This document shows, in pieces, positions 13,269-40,205 of a stretch of DNA of 64,000 bases. The position numbers and the translations under genes were made by a program. Below the pieces are notes generated by a model, which worked only from the letters and a program-made list of their open reading frames with translations, made no database searches and was not told the DNA's origin. Every line of letters begins with the position of its first letter. Position 1 is the stretch's first letter. Source of the stretch: Lingula anatina (lineage: Eukaryota > Animalia > Brachiopoda). The stretch covers positions 10,664,001 to 10,728,000 of the forward strand of contig CM120649.1 in NCBI GenBank assembly GCA_051362555.1, given 5' to 3'.

Positions 13269-14427
13269 CAATTAGATGACGTGTCAAAATTATCGTTTAT
13301 TTGCAGATGGAGGGTTCAGCAAGACCAAGATATAGGAATAACACTGAACGGAATCACGAGTTCTGCTAGTTGGTATGGTTTGTCCTACAGTAACATTTGT
13401 TTTGAAAAAAAGTTACACAGGTCTAGATCAAATGCAAACTATTATTTCCTTTTCAAAATGACGTTTGCGTTCTAATATATGCTCTGCATCCCTTATCGTT
13501 ATCACATATAATGCCAGGACAGTTAATTAGTTTTTCTTTTATATTTACCTATCAATTTATATTTTATATTCTAATTTAACTTTTTATACCATCCCTTTGA
13601 AAGAGATAACTTTTGAGATAACGTCTGTTTTTTCCAGTCTTTATTTTCTCCTCTTTTTATTTGGCATGGTGGGCGTGCGACTAAGCATCTACCTCCCCGT
13701 CCGGTCATTTGAGTAAAACAATTTCAGCTGTTAAAATTCTAAATTATGCTATAATGTCCATTCTTTTGAAACTCGCCCAGTAAAGCCCCCTTTACACTGG
13801 ACGGCGTCCTTTCTGCGTCCAGCAGTCCGGTCCCATTTGAGAGTTAAAAAATTGTAATATTTTACGTGTCGACAACTGGCCGATCATTGAGCATTCATTC
13901 TGATACAAAATTAATGCTCGTGCCTCCTTTTTAAGACCACAGCGATGCCAAATTTCATGGTCGCAGAAAGGACGCAGAAAGGACGCCGTCCAGTGTAAAG
14001 GGGGTATAATGTAACATGGGTGAAAATTTTCAAAGTTATGCCTGATTTCAGGATTTTCAAAATTCATTTTGATCATTTTATCACATGGTTTAACTTTTTT
14101 GTTCCCCCTGAACAATTGTTAACAGTATGTTCTAGTTTAAAAAGGTAGCAATTTTGGTGCTTTCCATGCCGTTTTCATTTCTCACCGTGGGCGCCAGAGG
14201 GCAGCTGACTCAAGACATACTTTTTCCTTTTTACCAGGACACAACTTTACCGTTGTTGCGGGAACACTGGAGAGTCCAACACGGGTTTCACCTGTGTGGA
14301 GGACTATAGAGAGGTGCCCGTAGTTTACCAGTGCCAGGGAGGGCAGTGCCCGACGGAATATAAAGGTCCCGCACAGAAACTGCACCTAGTCAGTATACCA
14401 GTGGCATGTATTTGTAAGAACATTTAA
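11346..14427 (+). CDS. Secreted ~417-aa precursor with C-terminal IL-17-like cystine-knot domain
   Basis: Exons 11346-12343, 13307-13372 and 14238-14427 join in phase 2 with GT-AG sites. Signal peptide, Cys-rich N-terminal block, RLRR furin site, Pro-rich linker, then RACQGWRVQQDQD...TQLYRCC...FTCVEDYREVPVVYQCQGGQC...LVSIPVACICKNI*. AATAAA at 14730. Confidence 0.8.
12428..12570. repeat. (CT)n/(CA)n compound microsatellite
   Basis: Seen directly, in intron. Confidence 0.9.
13307..13372 (+). CDS. Cystine-knot gene, coding exon 2
   Basis: TTGCAG acceptor, GTATGG donor, 66 nt, phase 2-2; (G)WRVQQDQDIGITLNGITSSAS(W). Confidence 0.75.
13784..14006. mobile_element. Harbinger/Tourist-type MITE, family M1
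   Basis: TIR CCCCCTTTACACTGGACGGCGTCCTTTCTGCGTCC; TAA target duplication. Confidence 0.88.
14238..14427 (+). CDS. Cystine-knot gene, terminal exon
   Basis: Polypyrimidine tract plus CCAG acceptor; open to TAA; ends IPVACICKNI. Missed by the ORF track. Confidence 0.85.
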
Positions 14428-15627
14428 GACAGTGGCGGGTTGGGTAGCGGAGTGGAGTGAGGATGGAATCACAGCGTGCATGGACCCCTTCGCACCCCCC
14501 CCCCCCCCGAAACAGAGGTGACATCTTCTCTATCCTCAAAATAGTTGAAGGATCGAAACATTCAACCGAGCAATTTGTCCACCTTTGTGCCGTATATATT
14601 TTGATATCATTTGTTGAGAAAAAGTAGTTCCACTGACAAAACTGGAACAACTGATTATTAAGACAGCGCTGTTCAAAATATAATTTTATGGCAATGAAAC
14701 ATTAAACAAATAGTTTACTTTTCCAGTTCAATAAAACTATAAGGAGAACCGGCAGCTGCAGTATTGTATGACGTGATTGCAATTTTAGAGAGCAGGTTAC
14801 ATACTGAGCAAAAATATAAACACCCCATGTGAATTATGTATATAACATGGAATGGGCAACTCCAATTGAGCTGATCTTAATCTGGAGCACATTGAACAAC
14901 AAAATGTGTATGATTTAATATTTATGTAACCCATAATGCTGATAACTTTTTAAATATTAAAAATTTTTTAAGTTTTCTTGCGTGGGGCATATATATTATT
15001 GCTCGATGTAGATAAAGTTTTCCAAGCAATACTATTAGAAAACATGCACTTATTTAATTACAGCTTAATGCATACCTTTTTAACCACTTTATTAAGTTGT
15101 TTAGAGAAGTGACAAGTACTGTAACTCCCCTTTGTTACAATGGATGAGGTAAACGTAAGTAGTTTATGAAAGAATTGTAAAACTTTAGACAAAATGCAAA
15201 ATATTGAACCTGTGAATAAAATGGGCCCGAGGCCTTTCAGTTGAAATAAAGCGTCTTATTGAAAATAACAGTTTAAAGAGCCAGATAAGATTACAATATG
15301 GCTATGCTGCCTATAAAAACTACATTTCGGAACATTCGCTATTTAACGAGATTTACTCATAGTTTCGCTGATTTCAATTCCGAGATTATGACTTCAGAAC
15401 AGATGAAAGGATTGAAAAAAAAACTACCCTGTTCGCTACTTCCCAGTTCCTATGCAAGTAAATTAAAACATACTATGATAAGTAACATTTGTCAATTTAG
15501 AATTTGTCGTCAATCAACGGATAATGAAACTGATTCAAAATTGGACTTCCGCCTTGTCTCTAAAAAGTAAGCCATCTTGACAACTCTGACAACCATAATG
15601 TGATTTGAGGTCTTCTCGAGCCAAGTC

Positions 15628-30503
<14,876 letters not shown>

Positions 30504-30543
30504 GGTTGCACACCTCTCTCGCTCTCTTCACCTTGGCAAAGTG

Positions 30544-30604
30544 TATTTATAGTTCATTATAAACAGCTCAGATATAACCATTTGTTACTATGTTCCGATT
30601 GGCT
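30544..30604 (-). promoter_or_regulatory. TATA and CCAAT boxes of the EGF-ANATO-WAP gene
   Basis: TATAAATA about 45 nt upstream of the ATG and AGCCAATCGG about 50 nt further up. A TATA is also present at the equivalent position in the duplicate (~38931-38937). Confidence 0.65.
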
Positions 30605-31514
30605 CATCCTTCTTGCATTATCGCACTTTAATGTTAATTAAAAGAAAGTCAGGTGTTTATGCACGTACATTTGAAGAAACATCCATTAAAATATTATTGA
30701 AATAGGAATATGAAAAGGTGAGCAGTTCAGTAGGCGCGTGTCTTCATAAGGTCTATGGTCGTCATGGCGCCCTTCCTTGTCAATGTATACATCATGATTT
30801 TGTTATTTAACAGGGCAGAATAAGTCATCTAACGTGAAGCCAGGTGTCATCGAAGCACGGTTACAAGGTTTTCTGGTCGGTGACGGAACAGTACGAATAT
30901 ACATGTACATGTATTCCCCTTAAAGGCAGGCGCGGTTATTAAGACCTTAATAAAGCAAATTTTAGTTTTACAGGACATTTCAAGATTTTTTTTATAATTT
31001 AACTATACCATGTCAAAGATGAAAAATACGCCTGCGATAGTACAATCCATAACCGTTTTTCTCTCTTTCAGCTTATAGTTTTTGAGTCACTCTCGTCATG
31101 TGGATTGTTGGTGGTATATTCAACTCGTGATATGATTACAATCAATATTCTAATTAAAAACTCACAAACAAGTTTGTAAATCTTAATTTGCTTAACACGT
31201 TCATATTTAGCATTCCTTGATAACGAATGAGAAAGTTCCGGTGAAATTCATCCTTTTGTAAGGTTCGATTTTAGGTTCACAGATCGAGAAGAAGTGAGCA
31301 ACAAGAGTCGTGGATTTCCAAACAGCTTTATTCCCACTACCTAACTTCTCCCTCTACCCACCACCTGTTCTATTTATATGTACCTTAATGTCTCATTATA
31401 ATAATACTTTATAATAAATCTTACTAGGCGCGGGCGCCGCGACATCCTATAGTCTAGGCGCGGGCGCCGCGACATCCTAGGGGCGTGGGACATGCTAAGG
31501 GGCGCCATTCCAAG

Positions 31515-33139
31515 TAATTTTTTATCAGTTTTTTCCTATTTTGATGACTGATAAATGAAAATAAGGATTAAAATCTTGTTTTAATAACTTTAAATTATCT
31601 CTTTGATGTCATTGTGATATCAATTCATTAATGGAATTTGCCAGAGAAGCAAACAAAAACACATTGCCTATTCTATGCCATACGACTTCCATTAAAAGAG
31701 ATATTTTGGATCTCCATATTTTCCAAATTATCGTCTGTAAAAGAGTTATACGCTCCACAAAAGACCCTCATGTCAGTTGCTATAGTCACAGTAATGGTCG
31801 CTGTTACGCCTGGCCTCTTCTGGCTGTTGCCAGCGCTCTCAAGCGGCAAGGAATTGCTTGGGGTAGGTTTTTAGAGTTCAATCTGGAATAATATTCCAGG
31901 CATCGGTCTAAAAGTGTCCAATCTGGTCCAGTCTTGTTGTAGGACATGTAGGCAGTTGATTCGTCGAGTAATGGCCTACCGAAATATTGTCTATGTGGTT
32001 CAAATGTGGCGATTTTGATGACCAGGGTAGCTGCTCATTCCCTTGGTTCTGTAAGTTATCTGCTATTAAAAGTGCTCTGTGTGAACCTGCAACCTCACCG
32101 TGCAACCTAAAATTGTTCCTAAGGTGCCCCTATCAAATGATAGTCAAGTGGTTCCGAGATTATTCCTTAATTTGATCTGGTTCAGGTTTTCGTCGATGAC
32201 TACCATTGGTGTTTTGGCACCAATGTGGTATCCACTCCAAATACTGACGCTGCCAATCACCCTTTTCACTTAAGACCCGGCATATGCTTCGTCGTAGGCC
32301 TCTTCTGGATATCTGTAAACTCTGTTTTGACTAATTGGGCGGTACAGGTGAAATCTGACCTCAATAAAGAAAGCCATGCAGTTTCAGTGTTCTACCCAGA
32401 AACGGTCATGGCCCCCAATTCATTAGAGAAACAGACGACGATGTTTTGCTGTTTACAGTAGGTGCCTCGGAGGTCGTTTGGTGTTTTTACCTGCTTAACC
32501 CAGTTTGGTGTTCGCTAAGGGCTTTGAAAAACGCATTTTGGTGGCAATTTATCCCTCGTTCTGAACGGACTTAGTGTTTTTTGTTTGGTTGCAGCAGCGT
32601 ATCCCGAAAGACAGTGGGTCTTGTACCCTGTAGGTATGATTTTGATACACTGGGGGTGACCTCTGTGTAGGTACATCAGTCTGGTCATTACTCTATAAAA
32701 CTGTGGGGACCGTTCTGTTTGGCGCTATGATCTGTCTGGTAATGTCTGTCTTTTTTGCGCCATTCTGCCATAGATTTAAACATTTGTAATGCACTACTTG
32801 ACTCATCTTCCGCACTGCAAAACTGACCGCTTGCATGCAAAATTTCAAATTCTTCTATGCAGTAGTTGTCGACATATGGATACTTTTTTGACAGAACCAA
32901 GCTTTGCCTAAGCCAAGCTTTGACCAGCCCAAAGGAACAGTACCCAATTAAATCACTGCATATTACATAATGTAGCAGCGCAACAGACATGAAAGTCAGT
33001 TAATTGGTAGCGACACACCTGACTACACAGTTCTCCATTCACAAATCTTATATGAGATCGGAGTTTTTTGAAAAAAGAACGCATTTTTACCTAGGTATAC
33101 CTTCGAAACTGAAATATTCCATATTAAATGTCAAGTCTG
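31515..33139 (-). mobile_element. Decayed Tc1/mariner transposon, copy B
   Basis: Reverse complement of 1-1380 with scattered substitutions; 5' TIR at 33115-33139 followed by TA; 3' TIR missing. Confidence 0.88.
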
Positions 33140-34424
33140 TAATTGTGTTTGCAGCGCCGAAATCCTACCGCAATGGGCGCATCCTCACATTACCCTTACA
33201 AGATTAGGAGATGATGACCTCGATTAGATGAAATGAGCGTTTTTTATAAATAAAGCCTACCAAAGTACTTAACTTAAGCTTACAAAAGAGGGGTAGCGTG
33301 CAGTGCACATCACTCAGTGATAATTATGATCAATTTTTCCAAAAAGAATGCGTTAACATGTGCGTTAACAGTCGAGCTTCCAGTCCCGTGGACTTTAAAG
33401 TCATAATAACTCTTCGTTTCAAATGGCAAAAAATTGGATTTTCCTGGAGTTAACGGCAATTTTCCCGTACTTACCTTTGGTCAACGACTCCATTCCTGCA
33501 TTCAAAGTTAGTCCAGGTTTTTTCCTAAAAGTATGTTTTTTTTGTTAATATCTCTTAAGAGATTTAAACAGACGGAGCCCTCTCTGGCATTGCATTGCAA
33601 AGTAACTCGATATCGAGCGAGATTTTCCGGTGACCTACTTAAAACCGCGGGAAAAGCAGACAGCAACAACACTTTATAACAATAATATAAAATTAAAAAA
33701 AAAAAGATATATTGGTCTTATTGCTCAAAATGCATTAATATCTAAAATGTGTGCTGTTATGGACTTTTCGTTATCCAACGCACTGTACAAAAACTTGCAA
33801 CTTACGTCTGAGGATTGCATCACGCGTCTGCTTTCTTATGCTGCCCTTTGTTGCTTTGGTCTCGAATGAACGCGAGAATCCGCTTGACACCCCAACGTCA
33901 TTGGCAACGGATGCCTTGACGACCGGGAAGAAAGGCATCTAAAGCCCGATTGACAAGCACAGATTTTAATTTTACTACAATAACAGCCGTTGTAGTGGTA
34001 AAATGCAATATAATATATTTCCATGCGTTGTTTACAATGTATTTCTTGCAGAATTTTGAATCTCAAAGGAAGAGTTATTATTGTTTTAACAAGTCGGCGT
34101 ATTACAAAACACGAACACAAGCAAATAAAAAAATTGTGATAATGTTGTATGTATGCATGTTAGTAGGTTATACCACTCCTAAATGCACATGTTAGGCCTA
34201 CGTATCGACATTTCTTTGAATAATGAAAAACATACTTGAAATTTAATGTGGATATTTTTTCAAATCATTCTTCATCGATTTTTATCCTGTTTTTGAAAGC
34301 AAATCATTTTTGAAAGCAAATAATCAAATCGTTTTTAGGAAACTTTTAATAACCTCTTAATTATTAAGCAAACATGGAGGTGACCACGGCTGATTCAAGT
34401 CATAAAACAATCAGTAAAAGCGCC

Positions 34425-34635
34425 TGATCTGGATTTCAGTAATTTCCCATTCATCATCTGTGAAAGAGTTAAACGCCCCACATAAGACGCTCAGTGCGTA
34501 GTCACAGTAACGGTCAGTTGTGCAACGGTCAGTCTGGTCGCATCTGGCCGCTACCGGGGCTCTCAAGCGCCGTGGCATTCCTTTTGACAGGTCTCATGGA
34601 GTATGAGCTGGAATCAAATTTCAAGCATCAGTATA
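34425..34635 (-). mobile_element. Fragment of a more diverged Tc1-like transposase
   Basis: Colinear similarity to 31705-31905 (AAAGAGTTA.ACGC.CCACA.AAGAC.CTCA, TAGTCACAGTAA.GGTC, GCTCTCAAGCG). Confidence 0.55.
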
Positions 34636-34764
34636 TTTTCAATAGGAAAATGGTTTGATTAGTTTAAGGCACAGTTCGCTACGGAAGACCACATTAATGC
34701 CAATGATGCCGCAAAAGCATGTATTTTGAAAGGTATGAATTATGTCAGAGATTCAAGTGTGTAA

Positions 34765-36715
34765 AGCCTGGGTCACACTGCGCTTGCAACCTTTTGGCAA
34801 CCTCTTTGCAACCTCAGTCGCAAGGAGGTTGCCATAGGTTTTAAAGTGGTCGCATAAGGTTGTTAACAGGTCGCCTGCGATCGTTGACACATGAAGGCCA
34901 TTTTTTGTGCACCGACAACCAGTGCGACTAAAAATGAAAATTATCGGTATCCTAAAGGTTGCCTATCGGTCTTTTCTTGATTGTCAGTAGGTTGCTATAA
35001 CCAGTATAATACCATTTGCAACTGCACGGTCGATTGACAGTATTTAGTCGACTGGTCGCTTACAAGTTTTTTACCACCAGTCGCAAATAGTCGGCAGCAG
35101 ATCGCTAGAAGGTTGCAGTGGTAACTGCATGGTCGATTGACGGTCTTTAGTCTCTTGGTCGCTTACAGGTTTTTTACCGATCGCAGGCGTTCGGAAATAT
35201 GTCGCAGGAAGGTTGCAAGCGACTGCAATAGAATAGGCGTAGGATGGTGGTCTATTTGGGCAAAGACTTTTTTCATAATTTGTTATGTAAGCCTTCTAAA
35301 TATCAAGGTCATAAATTCTAATATTTTAGAAAAAAAAAACATAAATTGCATTTGTTGGCAATATTTAATATCAATTGCCAAGGCTTTCATATACCAGGTA
35401 TTTCACACTTGTACGAACCCCCCCCCCCCAAAAAAAAGTGATCCTAAAAGCAATGTACGATTTTTTGACGCTACTTTTATTTATTTTATCATTTTGCGAA
35501 AATCAAACGTAAAATGCCGAAAACCTCAATTATATATCGCTGTATGTTATTTAAAATTTGCAAAGCCATATTATCAGAGTAAACAATGAAACAAATACAC
35601 GAATGCAGAAAAAACGGAAAATAAAAGCAATTTAATCAGCAAGGTATAACTGCTATTTAATATCGTAATTTAAACAATCAAAATTATCCACAAATAATTG
35701 AACAAATCGTAAAATGTGTCCAATAGACTTTAATAAAAATAGTTTCAACACAAACAATTTAACATCTTCCCAGTGCTTGGTACCCTCACTACAAAAAGTA
35801 CACGATGCGCATGACTTGTCACGATTTAATTACGTTGTATTGTAAGTGGCAAACGCCTAGGGTTAAAAAGACAAAGGGAAAACCACACATTCGGTTGCAA
35901 ATCAGTTGCAAAGTAGTCGGCGACCTGTTAGCAACCGGTTGGATACCACAAGTAGGTTTGTCGGTCGCCAGGAGGTTATCGGTGCTGCACCGTAAACCGG
36001 TGCGACCGGTTATTAAACCAGAGTTCTTTTGGAAACCACTTGGCGAGTTGTTGCAACCGGTTGCCGACCTTTTTGCAACCGGTGACAGATGCAAGTCGCA
36101 AAGAGGTTTTTTGTTCAGTGTGACCGTAACTGCACAGGCCATGCGACCTCAAAGAGACCAAGTATTTGACCAAGAAAATATTAAAGAGTATAATGAGATT
36201 AATAAAGATTTAAACGTATGCAAGTTTATGTTTTTATTTTCGAGTTTTTTTTTTACTCTTTTTCCTTCTTAGGTAAGCAAAGCCAATTATTATAGCAGTC
36301 CCCTCTTTTTGAAAAGGAGTCGTTTTACTAGAGCATTTTTGTATTTTGAGAGGGGAATATATGGGAAAGCAGCTACTGTCACAAGTATATTCATGTATAT
36401 TCTGGGTGATCTTGCTGCTGCCAGTTGGCAAGCGATTGCTGCAGTCCTGCAACCGGTTTTCGGTCACCAAGTGGTTGCAGACAGGTTGTTTATCGCTCGT
36501 CAAACAGTGTGCGACTTGTAACCTATAACTTGAAGATGTCTACAAGAGGTTGCAGATACCATACTGCAACCTTGTTGCAACCGGTTTGCGACTGCTTGCC
36601 GATCAAAATTGGCCATAGCTTCTTAATTAGCTTGCAAAGTGATCGCAAGCGACCGCCAGATTTTGTGGTTGCAAAAAGGTTGCAAAAAGGTCGCAAGTGC
36701 AGTGTGACCGGGCCT
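34765..36715. mobile_element. Non-autonomous PIF/Harbinger-like element (~1.95 kb)
   Basis: TIR AG(G/C)C(C/T)(C/G)GGTCACACTGC.CTTGC.ACCTTTT; TAA duplication; dense GGTTGC/GCAACC/GGTCGC subterminal motifs. Confidence 0.8.
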
Positions 36716-37175
36716 TAAGGTAGCAACATTACGGAAGAGGTATTTATCTAGTCTTAAAGCACGTGCTACATAAAGGGAAGTCATCACAGGTATAGATGGA
36801 ACATGGTTTGAAACGTATAAGCATACTGTTAGTGTTATTAACAGGATGTATGAAAAGGTTCATAACATATTAGTGTCCGACAAGAGACGTTCCTCCAAAC
36901 TAGTGTGCAAGTTTAATTTCACCAATTCACAATATAGGAACTGCACAATATAGGAACGACCTTAATTGTCTGGGTGGTACGCCTCCTCAAGAAGCTAGGG
37001 GGGTAATTAACAAGCGTGTGTTGATAAACTCTTTTCACTGATTGCACTTCAAGAATGTGTTGCTGAATAATATTACTGACAATGCACTCTTGCCACAGCT
37101 CGTTTACACGTCAATACATGGCTAAAAAGGCAAAGAAAAAGCGAATCCCGCTGCAGAGAGTATTTCGATACTTAC

Positions 37176-38885
37176 GCATGTCACAATATGGCCCAGTATA
37201 ACCCGGCGGACAGACACATTTGAATGACTCCGCTGTCTCCACACAGGTGCCTCCGTTTGGGCATGTGACATAATCACAATTGAGCAGGACATCTGCAAAA
37301 CAAATGGAATGTAAAAACAAAATATCCGTCTGTCACATGAATTAAGAAAAATATAACGGAGGTTTCCAATAAGCATGCATATAAACATTATCATGGAAAT
37401 TTTATTGTACATTAACTCCCCACAGATTTCGTTTTTGACCTGACTCATACCAAAACGGCACCAGGTGAAACCTAGCTCTCTCCATGGAGACGGCAATTGT
37501 GTACTTACGCTTTTCACAATATTCCCCTTGTTGTTTTGGAGGACAGATACACATGTAGTTTTCATCTGTTTCCTGACATAAACCTCCGTTCTGGCAAGGA
37601 TTTGAATTACATCCGCTGACGTCTGCAAAATAATAATAAAAACTTAATAAATAAATAACAAAGCACAGATCCTTTGGGCAGCTTGTCTTTGTTTATAGTT
37701 TTAATGATGTTTATTATTCATAGTTTTTTTTTTGTTAAAATTCTGCTTAAGACACACACAATGTTTGCCAGATCATTCCACTCAAACATGCAATGAAGAT
37801 CAAGAAAATCATGAAAAAAAATCGTATTGATTATCTATGCACTATCATTATGTCTCGTTTTCATTTTAAGCTACGGCAAACTTTTTGACAAATTTTGAAA
37901 ACCGTTAATCAGTAGGGCACAATATTATCGTAGGTTACCTTGCACAGTTTCCGTGCGGGGATTGTTCGGTGGACTTGCGGTAATCGTGATAATGTTTGAA
38001 CCTGTTGTAGATATCTTTTCCTTTCAGCTTTGGTGGTTTTAGGAGGCATAACAATAGGATCTTTTGCTGTCACGATTTGAAGTTTTGCGCTTCCTCGTTG
38101 TGACCACATGTGTGCTAAAATCGTAATGATCTGCACCGAAAAACGTTCATTTCTTGAATGAAGCCGCACAGAAGGCGTACAGCAACTGCACTGAGACTGA
38201 AAGGGCTCAATACGATCACTTTTAAACAGAGAAGTCGATTTTTTCCCTTCGTAATCTCAATGACATGTCGGCTGAATGACGTGGCAACCGCACGTGATGT
38301 AAATTAAACGTTGCCCGCACTGAAAATGGTTAACAATTTCATCGTACAACGTGATGAATTATTATTATTATAAGTATTCGTATTATTATTATTGTTTGTA
38401 TCAGTAGTAGTTGTTGTAGTCATGGTAGTTGATTAGATATAACTTTATATTGTCACTGTTTTATATTCTGATGAGCCGTAGGGCTTAACGGTTTAATAAA
38501 TTGAAATTGAAACGTCTGTGGCAAATATAATCCACGCTTGAGATAAACTTTTCTTGAAGTTTGCGAATTTTTACAATAAAGCACATTAGCTGTAACGAAT
38601 GGCTACATGCAACGTGCATGGTAGGGAGGGCAGCATCCGATTCGTTAGAATGCGTGAAGTACTGGTAATTGCTTTTATTGACTTCTGTCAAATGTGAATT
38701 TTGACAGTGGATAGCTCCACTTGGCCAAGGCCTTCTATGTGTATACAAACAAATGACCACATTTACACTATGTACATTACATTGTGTTTACCTTCAGGTT
38801 CTCCCGTCATAGTCATTGCAGTCACATCTTCAGCTAACTTAATGCTTACGTAGAAAATAAAGATGAGATTAAAAACCTGCGCCAT
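37176..38885 (-). CDS. Partial paralog of the EGF gene: signal exon plus 2 EGF exons (short gene, alternative 5' end, or young pseudogene)
   Basis: Exons 38885-38792 (MAQVFNLIFIFYVSIKLAEDVTAMTMTGEPE), 37622-37509 (VSGCNSNPCQNGGLCQETDENYMCICPPKQQGEYCEK) and 37292-37176 (LLNCDYVTCPNGGTCVETAESFKCVCPPGYTGPYCDM). Splice sites and TATA intact, all phase 1. Confidence 0.78.
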
Positions 38886-39443
38886 GGTTGCACTCAGCGT
38901 CTCTCCCTCTCTGCGTCTCGGCAAAACGGATTTTATAGCGCATTCAAGAGCTTATACGAAGATCAAGGACATCTCTGGAAAACCACCTCAAATATAACCA
39001 ACCACAATTACATGTATATACCGTTGAATCATCCTTACGTAACATTACCACACATTTATATTAATTAAAAGAAAATGAGACATTCAAGCACTTGCATAAA
39101 AAAAATTATTGAAATAAAAATAAGAATAAAGTGAGTCGCTCAGTTGGGGCGTGTCTTATCGTGGTCTACGGCAGAGTACGTCATCTAGAGTGAGGCTAGG
39201 CATTATCCAAGCCCAGACAATGGAGATTTTCCGGTCGGTGACGGAACGGTTCGAATATATTCCATTTAAGGCATAAAATGTGCATATGTACTTTACCACA
39301 TTTTTACAGGGAATTTTATCATTTTCCATTAATCATTAAACTATAGCAAAAACCGTGTACGGAAGTATGACTCTTACCCATTTTTCTCTAAGTTTATAGT
39401 TTTTGACGCACTCACTGTCTGTTAGTTTTTCTCAACAGTTTTA

Positions 39444-39835
39444 GACCCCATTCCCACAGATTTTAGATCGATCTATCCCCGTGGGAGTCTCACTAGATTA
39501 CTGTCAGCTAGCCTGCTTAAATGTCTGTCCCGCCTACTAAAAGCTGTAAGGGGGTAATTAACTACCGTGCGCGCTCGGCTGATAGCAATTTAGCGTGAAT
39601 CCCCAGGGAGTTAGGTCGATCTAGAGCCCATTCCCATAGATTTTAGATCGATCTATCCCTGTGGGGAGTCTCACTAGATTACTGTCAGCTTAGCCGGCTT
39701 AAGCGTCTGTTCCACCTACTAAAAGCTGTAAGGGGGTAATTAACTATGGTGTGCGCTCGGCTGACTGCAATTTAGCGTGAACCCCCAGGGAGTTAGGTCG
39801 ATCTAAATCTAAATCTCTGGATCGATCTAAATCTC
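39444..39835. mobile_element. Two tandem/nested copies of ~200-bp MITE family M5
   Basis: CCCATTCCCA.AGATTTTAGATCGATCTA...TAGGTCGATCTA unit present twice. Confidence 0.8.
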
Positions 39836-40004
39836 TGCTGTGTAAAGGTCTTCAACGTAATGTGCAATGTCTGTTCTTCAAGAATGACGTGCGTTTACAG
39901 ATATGCCTGGCAAAGCAGGCTTTATATGTTTTGATTCCGGACACGTACACCACTAGCCCCCTTTGATAACGTCATAAAGCCGACAATGGCAAATGAGTCT
40001 CTTA

Positions 40005-40205
40005 GACCCCATTTCCATAGATTTTAGATCGATCTATCCCTGTGGGGAGTCTCACTAGATTACTGTCAGCTTAGCCGGCTTAAGCGTCTGTCCCGCCTAC
40101 TAAAAGCTGTAAAGGGGTAATTAACTATGGTGCGCGCGCGGCTGACTGCAATTTAGCGTGAACCCCCAGGGAGTTAGGTCGATCTAAATCTCTGGGAATG
40201 CACCC
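40005..40205. mobile_element. MITE family M5, complete copy
   Basis: TIR CATT(T/C)CCA.AGATTT(T)AGATCGA; TTA target duplication (Harbinger-like). Confidence 0.85.

Noticed and set aside
35137-36718. Several 60-155-aa ORFs
   Set aside because: They lie in repetitive subterminal motifs of a non-autonomous element; no transposase or Myb motifs.
38468-38516. CTGATGAG + hairpin + GAAAC, resembling a hammerhead ribozyme
   Set aside because: GAAA does not follow the stem directly; AATAAA plus TTGAAA repeats fit a LINE 3' tail better.
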